A DNA stretch of 32,000 nt, taken from assembly GCF_000306885.1 (NCBI RefSeq), contig NC_018267.1:150001-182000 (forward strand), in the 5' to 3' direction. The DNA comes from Wolbachia endosymbiont of Onchocerca ochengi. GTDB lineage: Bacteria; Pseudomonadota; Alphaproteobacteria; Rickettsiales; Anaplasmataceae. The notes below the pieces were generated by a model. It was not told the DNA's origin. It saw only the letters and a program-made list of their open reading frames with translations, and did not search any database. The stretch's first letter is position 1; every line of letters begins with the position of its first letter. Below, piece by piece: positions 1 to 11,623 of this stretch. The position numbers were made by a program, and so were the translations under genes.

Positions 1-1619
<1,619 letters not shown>

Positions 1620-1736
1620 ATAAACTACCAAGAATAGTGCTCAATTAGTACCTACAATTGTGCAGATGCTACATGTGGCAGTTTTTTTATGTAGTTTCCG
1701 TTACCAAGCATTGAAGTGACAAAATTTACAGCTCTT

Positions 1737-2123
1737 GATTAAGTTTTTAGGTAAATTACTAAAAACCTTAATTTTAATCAAGTCTAATCAAACTTTATAA
1801 TAATAGTTTATTGCATGCCTCACACGGCTAAATCATTAATACTCTCTCAAACTTTACTGAATTGATAAACACAGTTTTAAAATGCTTACTGCTTAAATTC
1901 AAGTATACATCAATTTTTCTATTGTGAATACTAAATTTATAAACCACTGATATTCTTGCTCTTCTTTTTTATCCATAATTTAAAATTATCGTTTTAAGTA
2001 GCTGCTTTTAACTTAAAGCATATGACTGTGTAACATACACTACCTTTTAGGTAGAAATGCATCAAAATGCTTAAGGTTTACATCTTAACAAACTCTATAG
2101 AACTTACTCTGATAACACAAACT
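1737..2123 (+). repeat. dispersed non-coding repeat, copy A (best-conserved core 1737-1910)
   Basis: It is collinear with 16865-17132. Shared blocks include TCTAATCAAA, TAGTTTATT, TAATACTCT, TTTACTGAATTGA, TTTAAAA, TACTGCT, TTTTAACTTAA and AAACTCT.TATA.A. All six frames are full of stops. Confidence 0.65.
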
Positions 2124-2177
2124 TATAAGTAGAACTGTAAACTTTGCATAAAAGTGTTATGATAGCTAGGATAATAC

Positions 2178-2969
2178 ATGGGAAACATGAACATAACTAT
2201 ACATTCGCAAAAAGACTTTGACTTTATGCGTAAAGCTGGTAGATTAGCAGCTGAAACTCTTGATTTTACTGTACCGTATGTAAAGGTAGGAATAACAACT
2301 AATGAGTTAAATGACTTATGTCATGACTTTATAACCAAAGCAGGTGCAATTCCAGCTCCACTCAATTACAAAGGATATCCCAAGTCAATCTGTACTTCAA
2401 AAAATGCTGTTGTCTGTCATGGTATTCCTGATGATAGACCGCTTAAGAGCGGAGATATTTTAAATATAGATGTTACAGTAATTTTAGATGGCTGGCATGG
2501 TGATACAAGTCGCATGTTTTGGGTTGGTAAACCATCAATAAAAGCAAGACGTTTGTGCAATGCTACCTATGGCGCATTGATGGAAGCAATAAAACAAGTC
2601 AAACCTGGTAATAAATTGAACAGAATAGGACTTGCTATAGAAAAATATATTGAAGATTTTGGATATTCTATAGTACGTAACTACTGTGGGCATGGTATAG
2701 GAAAAGCCTTTCATACTCTGCCAAATGTATTACATTTTTATGATAAAGATGAAAATCTTATCTTAAAGGAGGGTATGTTTTTTACAATAGAACCTATGAT
2801 CAATGCCGGAGGACATGAAACCTTGCTCAGCAAGTTTGACGGCTGGACAGTAACAACATGCGACCTTTCACTCTCTGCACAATTCGAGCACACGCTTGGA
2901 GTAACAAAAGATGGTGTTGAAATATTCACATTATCACCCAAAAACTGGCATTTCCCTCCTTATAACTAA
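2178..2969 (+). CDS. map: type I methionine aminopeptidase
   Basis: The 263-aa ORF carries MetAP-I metal-ligand context: VVCHGIP, LNIDVT...GWHGDTSRMF, CGHGIG..FH, FTIEPM, AQFEHT. The start could instead be the ATG at 2187. Confidence 0.95.
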   Translation: MGNMNITIHSQKDFDFMRKAGRLAAETLDFTVPYVKVGITTNELNDLCHDFITKAGAIPAPLNYKGYPKSICTSKNAVVCHGIPDDRPLKSGDILNIDVTVILDGWHGDTSRMFWVGKPSIKARRLCNATYGALMEAIKQVKPGNKLNRIGLAIEKYIEDFGYSIVRNYCGHGIGKAFHTLPNVLHFYDKDENLILKEGMFFTIEPMINAGGHETLLSKFDGWTVTTCDLSLSAQFEHTLGVTKDGVEIFTLSPKNWHFPPYN

Positions 2970-4349
2970 GGCCTTGCAGCTCTATCATTCTGTATCCATA
3001 CAGGAGATAGCAGTAAAACAACTACTCTTAAAAGCTGGACTGAAATAACTGTTACTATTATAGAAGATTGCACAAAGATGGAAACAAGAGGAAAAGTAGT
3101 AAAGAACTTTCATTGCCCATGTTTATTGGAAAGGCAAAAATCACTCTACATTTTGAGAAAGCGTCTAGTATCTTCAGATTAAATATCAGGTTATCTTTAA
3201 AAGGTACAAAACAAAGCAAAGAGTCTGTTTAAGTATTACTGGCTTATTCAAAAATAGATGATTTTCTGAGTGTAATGTAGTTCTTCAGTTTACAGATGGA
3301 TGATTCTTTTAACAAGATTATTGTTAATAAAAGTATATATTTAACAGAAAAAATTAGACTTTATACCAAGAAAGTGCGTAAGTTATTATAACTTGGTGCT
3401 GTTCCCCACCTGCAACAAGTCAACTACATCTCCAATATAATGGAGCTTAAGAAGAATGATAAATCTTTTTTTTAATTAGAGAAGACGGGGAGAAAGTAAT
3501 CAGAGTCAGGAAAGGTAACCGCTTATATCACGTAAATTACTGAAAGCTACGTGCTCAAAGTATGAATTAATCAACAATAGCAATATCAAGAAAATTCATA
3601 CTTATATTATAATACAGTAAAAAGCACTACTTTGAGCAACATAATAAAACAGGCGACTGAAATGATGATAACTTTTCAATTCATTGTAACAGAATATACA
3701 TTAATAAAAAATATTAATCTAAGCATAATAAAATTATATAGGCAATCGAAACGGCAGGGCAATGTGATAGAACAAATGTACCAGAAATTTTGCCTCTTAT
3801 TAATTTTTGTAATTTACTTGACTCTTTAGATAGAAATTTTATTTTACCTGATTAAACAGGTAGTAAAAATCCCCTGATGAAGTTCTAAAAAAAACAAAAA
3901 GTTTGCTGCCCTGCTTATTTAAAAGATAGTGCAAGACGCATTATACCACCTTTAAGAGGTTGGTGATGAAACTTAAAGAGAATTATTGCAATAACTATAA
4001 CTTTCCTATCAATTTTAACTGCTACAATGCTTAAGGAGATTTAGGTAGTTTTTCCTACTTTACGTAACATTATTTTACACTCAAAGTTGTACAGGAGATT
4101 CCTCTTAGGCATAAAAATAGTGAAATATTAATAAATATTTTTTTAAAATTTAAAGATTTAGATGTTTGCTATTTAAAATAGTTAAAACTAGATAAATTAA
4201 TACACCTATTTATTCTTTTTTTACTGTCAGATCAAGTTCTACCGAATACAATAACTTTTTAGACTACTTCTTCTTACTTTTCATACTCAAATTCTAAAGA
4301 ACAGAGAAGTATATCTTCCGTAGCACTCTGCTCTTTTCTTCAAAAGAAT

Positions 4350-4529
4350 TCATCCTTCTCTTACCGTATCTTTCAATGCATCTGATCTTTTAAAGAACTT
4401 CTTATTATTATATTTTTTAAACTGTGCACTATAATCAAAATTTGGTTCTCCTGCTATGCTCGAAAGTACAAGTAGTTTTCTCCTATCTTGAGGTGTGATA
4501 AAAGATAACGCATGTCCTTCAGCTCCAGC
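4350..4529 (-). other. stop-free 59-codon continuation of the helicase frame after the internal TGA; it encodes the rest of motif VI and the C-terminal tail
   Basis: Reading straight on from the TGA at 4530-4532 gives AGAEGHALSFITPQDRRKLLVLSSIAGEPNFDYSAQFKKYNNKKFFKRSDALKDTVREG, then TGA at 4350-4352. AGAEGHALSF is the normal continuation of HRxGRTxRAG. Confidence 0.75.
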
Positions 4530-5552
4530 TCATGCAGTCCTACCTACACGATGGATATAGTCAGCTTGCGATTGTGGTACATCATAATTGATAACATGTT
4601 GAACATGTGGAATATCAAGACCACGAGAAGCAACATCTGTTGCAACCATAATTTGATTACGACCATTACGAAAAGAACTAATAACCCTTTCACGTTCGCG
4701 CTGCATTAAATTACCATGAATTGCCAAAGCACTATAGTTATCTTTGCGCAATTTATTAGCTAACTGATCTGCTCCTTGTTTCGTTTTAACAAATACAATG
4801 ATTGATCCTTCACGTTGACATAGTTGCGTAATAAGTTTACCATATTTTTTTAGCTCTGATACATAAATAATCTCTTGCTTAACTTTTGTAGAAATTGTAA
4901 CTTCATTTTCAATAGAAATATGTTCTGGCTGATCAAGATATTTCACAGCAAGCTTCATTATACTATTAGGAAGAGTTGCAGAAAACATGAGAGTTTGTCG
5001 TATTTTTGGGAGATATTTCATAATCTCTTCAATTTGAACTCCAAAGCCCATATCGAACATACGATCCATTTCATCAAGCACAAGAGTATTGACATTATAG
5101 GCCATCAAAGCTTCACGTTCAATATGATCTATAATACGACCAGGAGTACCTACCATAATTTGTGGCTCTTTCTGAAGCTGACTTAACTGCTTAAAAATAG
5201 ACTCACCACCAATTAGCAAGGCAATTTTTAACACGGAATTTTGAGATAAAAGCTTTCTTATTTCATTTGTTATCTGCTGTGCAAGCTCTCTAGTTGGCAC
5301 AATAACTAAAGCTGAACTAACACTAAAATCATCTAACAACTTAGCAATCAACGGAATAACGAATGCCAAGGTTTTTCCAGTTCCCGTTTGAGCAGAACCG
5401 AGAATATCTCTACCTTGTAGAGCTAGAGGAATTGCCTGTGCTTGAATCGGAGTTGGAATGAAAAAATTATGTTTATCTAGAACTTGCTTGAGTGAAACTG
5501 GAAGATCCATTTCATGAAAGCTGCCTATAGCTCTATTAAAAACTCTTACCAT
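4530..5552 (-). CDS. rhlE: DEAD-box ATP-dependent RNA helicase (RhlE-like), ended by an in-frame TGA inside motif VI; probably an interrupted gene whose full frame is 4350..5552
   Basis: Motifs found: Q motif (F..M.L...L + PTPIQ), motif I AQTGTGKT, Ia PTRELA, Ib TPGR, II DEMD (DEAD variant), III SAT, V (ATDVASRGLD). Motif VI reads HRVGRTA then stops, where HRxGRTxRAG is expected. Confidence 0.9.
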   Translation of the reverse strand: MVRVFNRAIGSFHEMDLPVSLKQVLDKHNFFIPTPIQAQAIPLALQGRDILGSAQTGTGKTLAFVIPLIAKLLDDFSVSSALVIVPTRELAQQITNEIRKLLSQNSVLKIALLIGGESIFKQLSQLQKEPQIMVGTPGRIIDHIEREALMAYNVNTLVLDEMDRMFDMGFGVQIEEIMKYLPKIRQTLMFSATLPNSIMKLAVKYLDQPEHISIENEVTISTKVKQEIIYVSELKKYGKLITQLCQREGSIIVFVKTKQGADQLANKLRKDNYSALAIHGNLMQRERERVISSFRNGRNQIMVATDVASRGLDIPHVQHVINYDVPQSQADYIHRVGRTA

Positions 5553-5562
5553 CGAAATCTAG

Positions 5563-5817
5563 TTAACTTTCTAACAACTTTAAATTTATTGCAGATTTTT
5601 TTCCTTCTCCATTCTTACCGCGCTCTTCTCTGAGCTCATAGCTTACTCTTTCTCCTTTTATTCCCTTTTCCTTATTTTCTCCTTTAAGTGAATCAGGTCT
5701 TATCCCTGAACGCTCTAATGTACTAATATGCACAAAAACATCGCTGCCTTTAGCTTCTGGCACAATAAAACCATAACCTTTTTCAGCGCTAAACCACTTT
5801 ATATTACCAAATTCCAT
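5563..5817 (-). CDS. cspA: cold-shock domain protein (CspA family) with Lys/Glu-rich insertions
   Basis: GNIKWFSAEKGYGFIVP....DVFVHIS matches the RNP1/RNP2 cold-shock motifs. The SD AAGGGGG lies 6 nt upstream of the ATG. The gene ends 10 nt before the helicase start. Confidence 0.9.
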   Translation of the reverse strand: MEFGNIKWFSAEKGYGFIVPEAKGSDVFVHISTLERSGIRPDSLKGENKEKGIKGERVSYELREERGKNGEGKKSAINLKLLES

Positions 5818-5954
5818 GTAAACACCCCCTTAAAATTATTGACTAATATTGCTAATGTGATGAAAAACTTTGAAATTACAACTGAAAATGCTTGAAGTCT
5901 AGTTATTAAAACTAAACCTCTATACTCCATAGTCTACTCTAACATTACATGGTT

Positions 5955-5983
5955 ATAGTACACAATTATTGTATTTAATGCAA
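5955..5983 (-). promoter_or_regulatory. candidate sigma-70 promoter for the csp-helicase unit
   Basis: The minus strand reads TTGCAT, then a 17-nt spacer, then TACTAT. This sits just downstream of the pmbA stop and implies a 5' UTR of about 130 nt. Long leaders are typical of csp genes. Confidence 0.35.
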
Positions 5984-5992
5984 CTAGAATTT

Positions 5993-7327
5993 CTAATTAC
6001 CGAGCGAGCCTGCAATCATCATTTCATTAATTTTAATCGTTGGCGAATTAAACTGCCCACAAAAAGTTAAATCGTTTGCAACAACCAAGTTATTAAACAT
6101 ATTTTCTAAATTGCTAGCAACAGTAATTTCGTGTATTGGATACGTTATTTTTCCATTTTCTATAAAAAACCCTGACGCACCTTGACTGTAATCACCATTA
6201 ATTAAATTAACACCAAAGCCAAATAAATCAGTTATATATACTCCCTCTTTCACTTCCTCAATCAACTCTTCAAACGATATATTTCCATTTTCAATATAAA
6301 AGTTACTAGCTGCAGGAACAATTGCAGCGTTGTTTGCACGTATTGCGTTTCCAGTTGTTTCTAAATTTAGTTTTTTAGCTGAGTACAGATCTAAAATCCA
6401 ATTTTGCAGCACTCCATTCTTTACAAGTATGTTTTTTTTGCTAATTATCCCCTCTCCATCAAAAGGTCTTGATTCTATACCTTTCGGTAGCAATGGGTTA
6501 TCAATGATGTTAATTCTATTATTAAAGATCTGAGTATTTAAACTATTTCTCAAGAAAGAGCTGCTACTTACGATGCTACTACCATTTATAGCAGAAGCAA
6601 AACTTTTTACCAGTTCTTTTGCTGCTCTTTTTTCAAAAATAACTGGAAGTTTGCCAGTTTTAATTGAACGTGAATTCAATTGGTCAATCGCTCTTTTTGC
6701 TGCTTCTTTTCCTATTAACCTTGGCGATTTTAGGTCGTAAAAATTACACGCTACATCGTAACTATAACCAACCTTCATTTTACCTTTTCCTCCAGCAATA
6801 ACAGAAACTTGATTAGCAAAGATTGATTTACTAAATGAGCCGATAAAACCAGAAACAGTAAACAACACTGTATTTACTAAAGAATATGAAGCAGAGGCTC
6901 CTTCAGAATTAACAACTTCTTTACATAAAAAAGCTGAATTTTCTGCAGCTTCAGCAATTTTTTTTAAATTATCAATAGTTACAACACTGTTATCTAAGAT
7001 ACCTAAATCTGTAGAAGAAGTATAATTACCTCCATCTACAGCAAAATTAATATAAGGATCCTTTGGCACATTCTTTGCCATTTCTACTACTTGACTCACC
7101 GTATTACTAAGATTGTTTAAATCATTTGTAGAAATATATGCAGCTTTAGTTTTGTCTACTATAGCTCTGATTCCTACAGTGCAATTTTTAGATTGGGATA
7201 TTTGTTCAACTTTTGATAGGCGTTGAGAAACTGAGATTTTGTTAATTTCATATATTGAAACTTCTGCGCTTTGATTTTGCTTTTTTACTAATTTTATAAT
7301 ATCTGCTGCAATATTTAGTATATCCAT
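5993..7327 (-). CDS. pmbA: PmbA/TldE metalloprotease (peptidase U62 family)
   Basis: The 444-aa ORF has the C-terminus ...YITDLFGFGVNLINGDYSQGASGFFIENGKITYPIHEITVASNL..MF..L....D......NSPTIKINEMMIAG. This tracks the remembered E. coli PmbA C-terminus closely. Confidence 0.9.
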   Translation of the reverse strand: MDILNIAADIIKLVKKQNQSAEVSIYEINKISVSQRLSKVEQISQSKNCTVGIRAIVDKTKAAYISTNDLNNLSNTVSQVVEMAKNVPKDPYINFAVDGGNYTSSTDLGILDNSVVTIDNLKKIAEAAENSAFLCKEVVNSEGASASYSLVNTVLFTVSGFIGSFSKSIFANQVSVIAGGKGKMKVGYSYDVACNFYDLKSPRLIGKEAAKRAIDQLNSRSIKTGKLPVIFEKRAAKELVKSFASAINGSSIVSSSSFLRNSLNTQIFNNRINIIDNPLLPKGIESRPFDGEGIISKKNILVKNGVLQNWILDLYSAKKLNLETTGNAIRANNAAIVPAASNFYIENGNISFEELIEEVKEGVYITDLFGFGVNLINGDYSQGASGFFIENGKITYPIHEITVASNLENMFNNLVVANDLTFCGQFNSPTIKINEMMIAGSLGN

Positions 7328-7346
7328 TTATTACCTCCTTAGGTTT

Positions 7347-8219
7347 TCATAAAGATTCTGCACCACCTATCACTTCAATCAAGTCGGTTGTAATCGCTGC
7401 TTGACGAGAACGATTGTAAAGTAGAGCTAATTTATTCAGCATTTCTTCGGTATTTCTATTTGCTGATTCCATAGCAACCATTCTAGCGCTATTCTCACTT
7501 ACTACACTTTCAAGTAAAGCAGAGTAAAGAGCAGCTGTAATATAATCTCGAATTAAAGATTGCAAAATAAATTCAGTATTTTGCGGTTCGTACCCATAGC
7601 CATAACCTACCATTGAAGTAGTTAAAAAATTAATAATTAAAGATGAGTCTTTACTCCATGGCTTTATTGTTTCCAATGTCGGTTTTTGTGTGAAGGTATT
7701 ATAAAATTTGTTATAGAAAACCTTGACTTTATTGTATTTACTGAGATCAATATCATCAATTAAAGATTCTATATGCTTTAACGTAATTCCCTTACTGTTT
7801 TCAACCTTCAAGATAACTTCAGAGTCAAACCTATTTTTACCCATGTCAAAAGCTTTTCTACCAAAAAATATAATATTTACTTTTTTACCACTTATAATTA
7901 ACTTACTAATATATTCTTGACTAAACCTTACAATAGAAGAATTGAAGTTACCACACAAACCACGATCAGATGCAATAATAAATACTAGATAAGTACTGTC
8001 ATTATCAACATTTAAAATTTTTGCCAAAAATTCTTGATCAACTGATACCAGCAATGAAGAAACAATGTTATGCAGCTTAGATATATACAATCTTGAATTT
8101 GATAACTTTTTTTGGCTCTGCAATAACTTTACTGCAGAAACCATTTGCATTATTTTCGTGATTTTCTGTACAGATCTAATATTCTTGATTCTTAAAGATA
8201 GTTCCTTTAAGCTCTCCAT
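7347..8219 (-). CDS. atpG: F1 ATP synthase gamma subunit
   Basis: The N-terminus is [29 protein letters not shown]. The C-terminus is [17 protein letters not shown]...[23 protein letters not shown]. Confidence 0.95.
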   Translation of the reverse strand: MESLKELSLRIKNIRSVQKITKIMQMVSAVKLLQSQKKLSNSRLYISKLHNIVSSLLVSVDQEFLAKILNVDNDSTYLVFIIASDRGLCGNFNSSIVRFSQEYISKLIISGKKVNIIFFGRKAFDMGKNRFDSEVILKVENSKGITLKHIESLIDDIDLSKYNKVKVFYNKFYNTFTQKPTLETIKPWSKDSSLIINFLTTSMVGYGYGYEPQNTEFILQSLIRDYITAALYSALLESVVSENSARMVAMESANRNTEEMLNKLALLYNRSRQAAITTDLIEVIGGAESL

Positions 8220-8856
8220 TTTATATATAACTCTAGCTTATTAAAATATACAATCATTCATTTTAAAAAACAAGTTTTTTTGATATAAAGAAAATATAAG
8301 ATGATACACGGCACCAGAATTAGCGTTCATAATGTTACCTAAGTAGCTAACACTGGAAATCTAAAAAAAAGAAATATAGACTTCCAGCTTACATGTTGAA
8401 TGACGCTATCCGTTGTAAGAGCATAACTTCGTTCATAATTATATGGCTAACTATAAATATTTAGAAAATTTACTAAGCAGAAAAGAAAATAAAAGAAACC
8501 TTGTAGTAGCTAGTTGTTTAACATTCTACAAACTAGCTATTCTACACTATCTTAAATGACTTATAAATACGTTTTCAGCTTGAAATCTTAGAATCTTTCG
8601 AGATAAAAAATTAACAAAAACATGAGAGAAACAGATAGTGCAAAAATTAAATATAAGACACTAACTAAGTATACACTTTCGTCGTTTAATCTGCGCAGCT
8701 TAAAGACAACTAAATACTTTCATTACCATAAATGGGAAAATTGGCAAGGTTTGTTAAGCAGTTTTACGTTGGATTTGAATTCTTGAAGTCACACTATTTG
8801 TAAAGTGTAAATAACGAGAAAGGGGTGATAAAAAGTTTATATGCTCACGGCACTTC

Positions 8857-10722
8857 TCATTTCCTCCCAAACAATTTTTCAATATCACTTAGTTTCATTT
8901 CTATGTAAGTCGGCCTTCCGTGGTTACATTGCCCGGAATATGGTGTTTCTTCCATCTGCCTAAGCAGCATATTCATTTCTTCTAACCTCATTTTTCTACC
9001 TGCCCTAATCGATCCATAGCAAGCAATCGTAGCTAATATTTTGTTTACTTTATCTTCTATTGGTAAAGTGTCTTCTATTTCGGTTAATCTATCAACTATA
9101 TTCATCAGCATCTCCTTCACATCTATTGTTCCCAAAATTGCAGGAATTTCTCTTGCTATAACTTCATTTTCTGATTTAATTTCAATATCAAAACCTATTT
9201 CAAAAAGCTTATTTTTATAAATCTCAACCATCTCCATTCCAGTTTGATTCTTAATTTCAACTACTTCAGGAAAAAAAAGCTTTTGTCTTTTTATGCTTGA
9301 CTTTTTTTTTAAGCATTCATAAATTAACCTCTCATGAGCTGCATGCTGATCAATTATAATTAATTTGTCTCTAGCTTCAGCAATAATATAAATATTGTAA
9401 ACCTGGCAACGTGCAAATCCAAGAGGATAGCTTTCTATCAAGTTAATTTGTTCCCTTTCTAAAACCATAGTCTCTGCTTGTAATGGAGATTTTTGTATAC
9501 CAGTACAATCAAATAACTCTGACCGTTCTGATAAGCTTTTCTCTCCCTTATTTAGCAAATTGAACCCTTTCATTAGCTGATTATCTAAATTGCTTGACTT
9601 TTCCTTATAGAATCCTTTACGAGTACTAAATGCACTAGGTAACATGTTTTTAACGAAACCACCCGTTATTGAAGTAATTGAATGCCGGAATTCACTGCAG
9701 ATTTCAGAATTACATACTGGAATGACATCAGAAATACCTATTCTAGTTGATAATGCTTTTATTATTCCCCTTGTCACTATCTCATATATTACCCTCTTAT
9801 CCTGAAACCTTACTTCTAACTTGTTCGGATGCACATTCACATCTACTTGGTCATATGGTACGTTTAAATGCAATGCTACAAAAGGATACCTGTCGCTCGG
9901 AATAAAATCATGATACGCATATCGAATTGCACCGATAAGTAGATTATCTTTAATCGGTCTTCCATTCACAAATGTATAAATCATAGTTGACTTGCTATAA
10001 TTAACAGTTGGCTTGCAGATGTGTCCTATAAGTCTAATACCATCTTTTTCTTCATCAATTTCCAAAGCATTGCCATAAAATTCTTCTTCTATTTCACATA
10101 GTCTACTAAATAATGAGGTTTGCTTGACATATTTTAAGAGCTTTTTATTGCCTGAACTGAGATTAAATCCGATATTATAGCTGGCCATCGCTAAGTTGTT
10201 TACAATATCAACAATATTTTGAGTCTCTGCTCTTTCAGTTCTTAGGAATTTCAGTCTATTCGGAGTAGCAAAAAATAAATCACGAACTTCAACATGTGTA
10301 CCCTGCGATAAAGAACAAGGCGTAATTTCTACTACTTCTTCTCCACCCTCATAACCTACAGACCACGCTTCATTTGTTCCTCTTGCTCTAGACGATAACT
10401 TTACTCTACTTACTGCCGCTATCGATGGTAGCGCTTCCCCTCTAAAACCAAGATGTTTAATTTCTATTAATTCACTATCATTCAATTTTGAAGTAGTGTA
10501 GCGCATAAATGCAAGTTTTAAATCACCCTTCTCCATTCCATTTCCATCATCTATAACAGTAATAAGATTACGCCCACCGCTTTCTATTTTAATCTCTATT
10601 TTTGAACTTCCAGCATCTATTGCATTTTCTATTAGCTCCTTGACTACACTTGTTGGCCTCTCAATTACTTCTCCTGCTGCTATACGATTTATAGTTTTTG
10701 CGTCTAAAAGAACTATTGCCAT
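8857..10722 (-). CDS. mutL: DNA mismatch repair protein MutL
   Basis: The N-terminal GHKL ATPase motifs are present: [32 protein letters not shown].....G...[23 protein letters not shown] also matches. The C-terminal dimerisation region ends ...[17 protein letters not shown]. Confidence 0.96.
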   Translation of the reverse strand: MAIVLLDAKTINRIAAGEVIERPTSVVKELIENAIDAGSSKIEIKIESGGRNLITVIDDGNGMEKGDLKLAFMRYTTSKLNDSELIEIKHLGFRGEALPSIAAVSRVKLSSRARGTNEAWSVGYEGGEEVVEITPCSLSQGTHVEVRDLFFATPNRLKFLRTERAETQNIVDIVNNLAMASYNIGFNLSSGNKKLLKYVKQTSLFSRLCEIEEEFYGNALEIDEEKDGIRLIGHICKPTVNYSKSTMIYTFVNGRPIKDNLLIGAIRYAYHDFIPSDRYPFVALHLNVPYDQVDVNVHPNKLEVRFQDKRVIYEIVTRGIIKALSTRIGISDVIPVCNSEICSEFRHSITSITGGFVKNMLPSAFSTRKGFYKEKSSNLDNQLMKGFNLLNKGEKSLSERSELFDCTGIQKSPLQAETMVLEREQINLIESYPLGFARCQVYNIYIIAEARDKLIIIDQHAAHERLIYECLKKKSSIKRQKLFFPEVVEIKNQTGMEMVEIYKNKLFEIGFDIEIKSENEVIAREIPAILGTIDVKEMLMNIVDRLTEIEDTLPIEDKVNKILATIACYGSIRAGRKMRLEEMNMLLRQMEETPYSGQCNHGRPTYIEMKLSDIEKLFGRK

Positions 10723-10729
10723 AAGCCTA

Positions 10730-11230
10730 TTACGGTGCTGGTTTTTCTTTTACTAAATCTGTCTGTTTGCTTCTCCATTTCCTTAATCTACCTGCAATTT
10801 CACCGTTAGAAATTGATAACATAGATGCTGCTGCAATAGCAGCATTGCATGCTCCACTTTCTCCTATAGACATAGTTGCAACCGGAACACCCTTTGGCAT
10901 TTGCATTATCGATAATAGACTATCCAACCCATTTAACTCTTTACTATACACAGGAACACCAATAACAGGTAAACAAGTAAGCGACGCTACCATACCAGGT
11001 AAATGAGCTGCTCCCCCTGCACCAGCTATAATAATTTTATAACCTTTTTCTTGTGCAGATTTAGCAAAATTAAAGAGCCTTTCTGGTGTCCTATGCGCAG
11101 ATATTATAAATACATTATGCGAAATTCCTAATGCTTTTAACATATCAACAGCATAAACCATAGTACTATAATCTGACTGACTTCCCATAATTATAGCAAC
11201 ATCTTTTTCTACTTCTGTCATATTAAACAC
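10730..11230 (-). CDS. purE: N5-carboxyaminoimidazole ribonucleotide mutase
   Basis: [10 protein letters not shown]...M......L..LGI......ISAHRTPE......A......[28 protein letters not shown] is the PurE signature. Confidence 0.94.
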   Translation of the reverse strand: MFNMTEVEKDVAIIMGSQSDYSTMVYAVDMLKALGISHNVFIISAHRTPERLFNFAKSAQEKGYKIIIAGAGGAAHLPGMVASLTCLPVIGVPVYSKELNGLDSLLSIMQMPKGVPVATMSIGESGACNAAIAAASMLSISNGEIAGRLRKWRSKQTDLVKEKPAP

Positions 11231-11520
11231 AATTTAATCTATTAACTAAACAGTGTTCCAGTTAAAAAACAACAAATATTTGAATTACAAGTAATAGTGT
11301 ATAGCATTCTTATTAAAATAAAAGTTATAAATAAGCATCCACACTTAAGACATAGGAACATAAATCTCTCTTTTTTCATATAAAATAGAAAAATTTATCC
11401 TAAATTTTGTAGTTATTACCAGTTCTTGCTATAAACGACCTTTTAAGGCTAAATAATAGTTTAAAATTAACGTAAATCTGATAAAAATATCAACAACAAT
11501 AAATTCAAAGTCTTGCCGTA

Positions 11521-11562
11521 TTAATATCATATAATTATTTAGCATAAATTATATGATATTAA
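11521..11562. promoter_or_regulatory. perfect 16-bp inverted repeat (TTAATATCATATAATT, 10-nt spacer, AATTATATGATATTAA); candidate operator
   Basis: The arms at 11521-11536 and 11547-11562 are exact reverse complements. The repeat lies about 60-100 bp upstream of the XRE ORF and abuts a putative -35. Confidence 0.45.
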
Positions 11563-11566
11563 CACT

Positions 11567-11594
11567 TTGAGATATCAAATTTATGTTGTAATGT
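11567..11594 (+). promoter_or_regulatory. candidate promoter of the XRE gene
   Basis: TTGAGA, 16-nt spacer, TAATGT. This sits about 30 nt upstream of the ATG at 11624. Confidence 0.3.
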
Positions 11595-11623
11595 TTTACA
11601 GAGCTATTGATAGGTAAGTATAT

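Noticed and set aside
1660-1700. Rho-independent terminator after rpoC (CTACAT ... T7 ... ATGTAG)
   Set aside because: The T-run sits inside the loop rather than after the stem, and the stem is only 6 bp of AT-rich pairs. This is not a canonical terminator. A similar weak hairpin at 22343-22367 between tRNA-His and pth was also not called.
2064-2074. 11-mer AATGCTTAAGG shared between 2064-2074 and 4026-4036, with nearby TTAGGTAG
   Set aside because: Isolated 11-mer matches are expected many times by chance in 32 kb of AT-rich DNA, and the flanks are not collinear.
3632-3829. 65-aa plus-strand ORF in the map / helicase spacer
   Set aside because: It starts at TTG, has no SD, is Ile/Leu/Lys-rich as expected from random AT-rich sequence, and has no recognisable motif.
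8501-8545. Imperfect inverted repeat GTAGTAGCTAGTT ... AACTAGCTA(TT)CTAC upstream of atpG
   Set aside because: It is bulged, AT-rich and only 9+4 bp, within chance expectation for this composition. It may instead be part of a diverged copy of the dispersed repeat.
11231-11623. Search for a RelE/HigB-type toxin gene or relic upstream of the XRE antitoxin-like gene
   Set aside because: All three plus-strand frames are dense with stops, and no toxin-like peptide segments were seen. The XRE gene is treated as a solo regulator.
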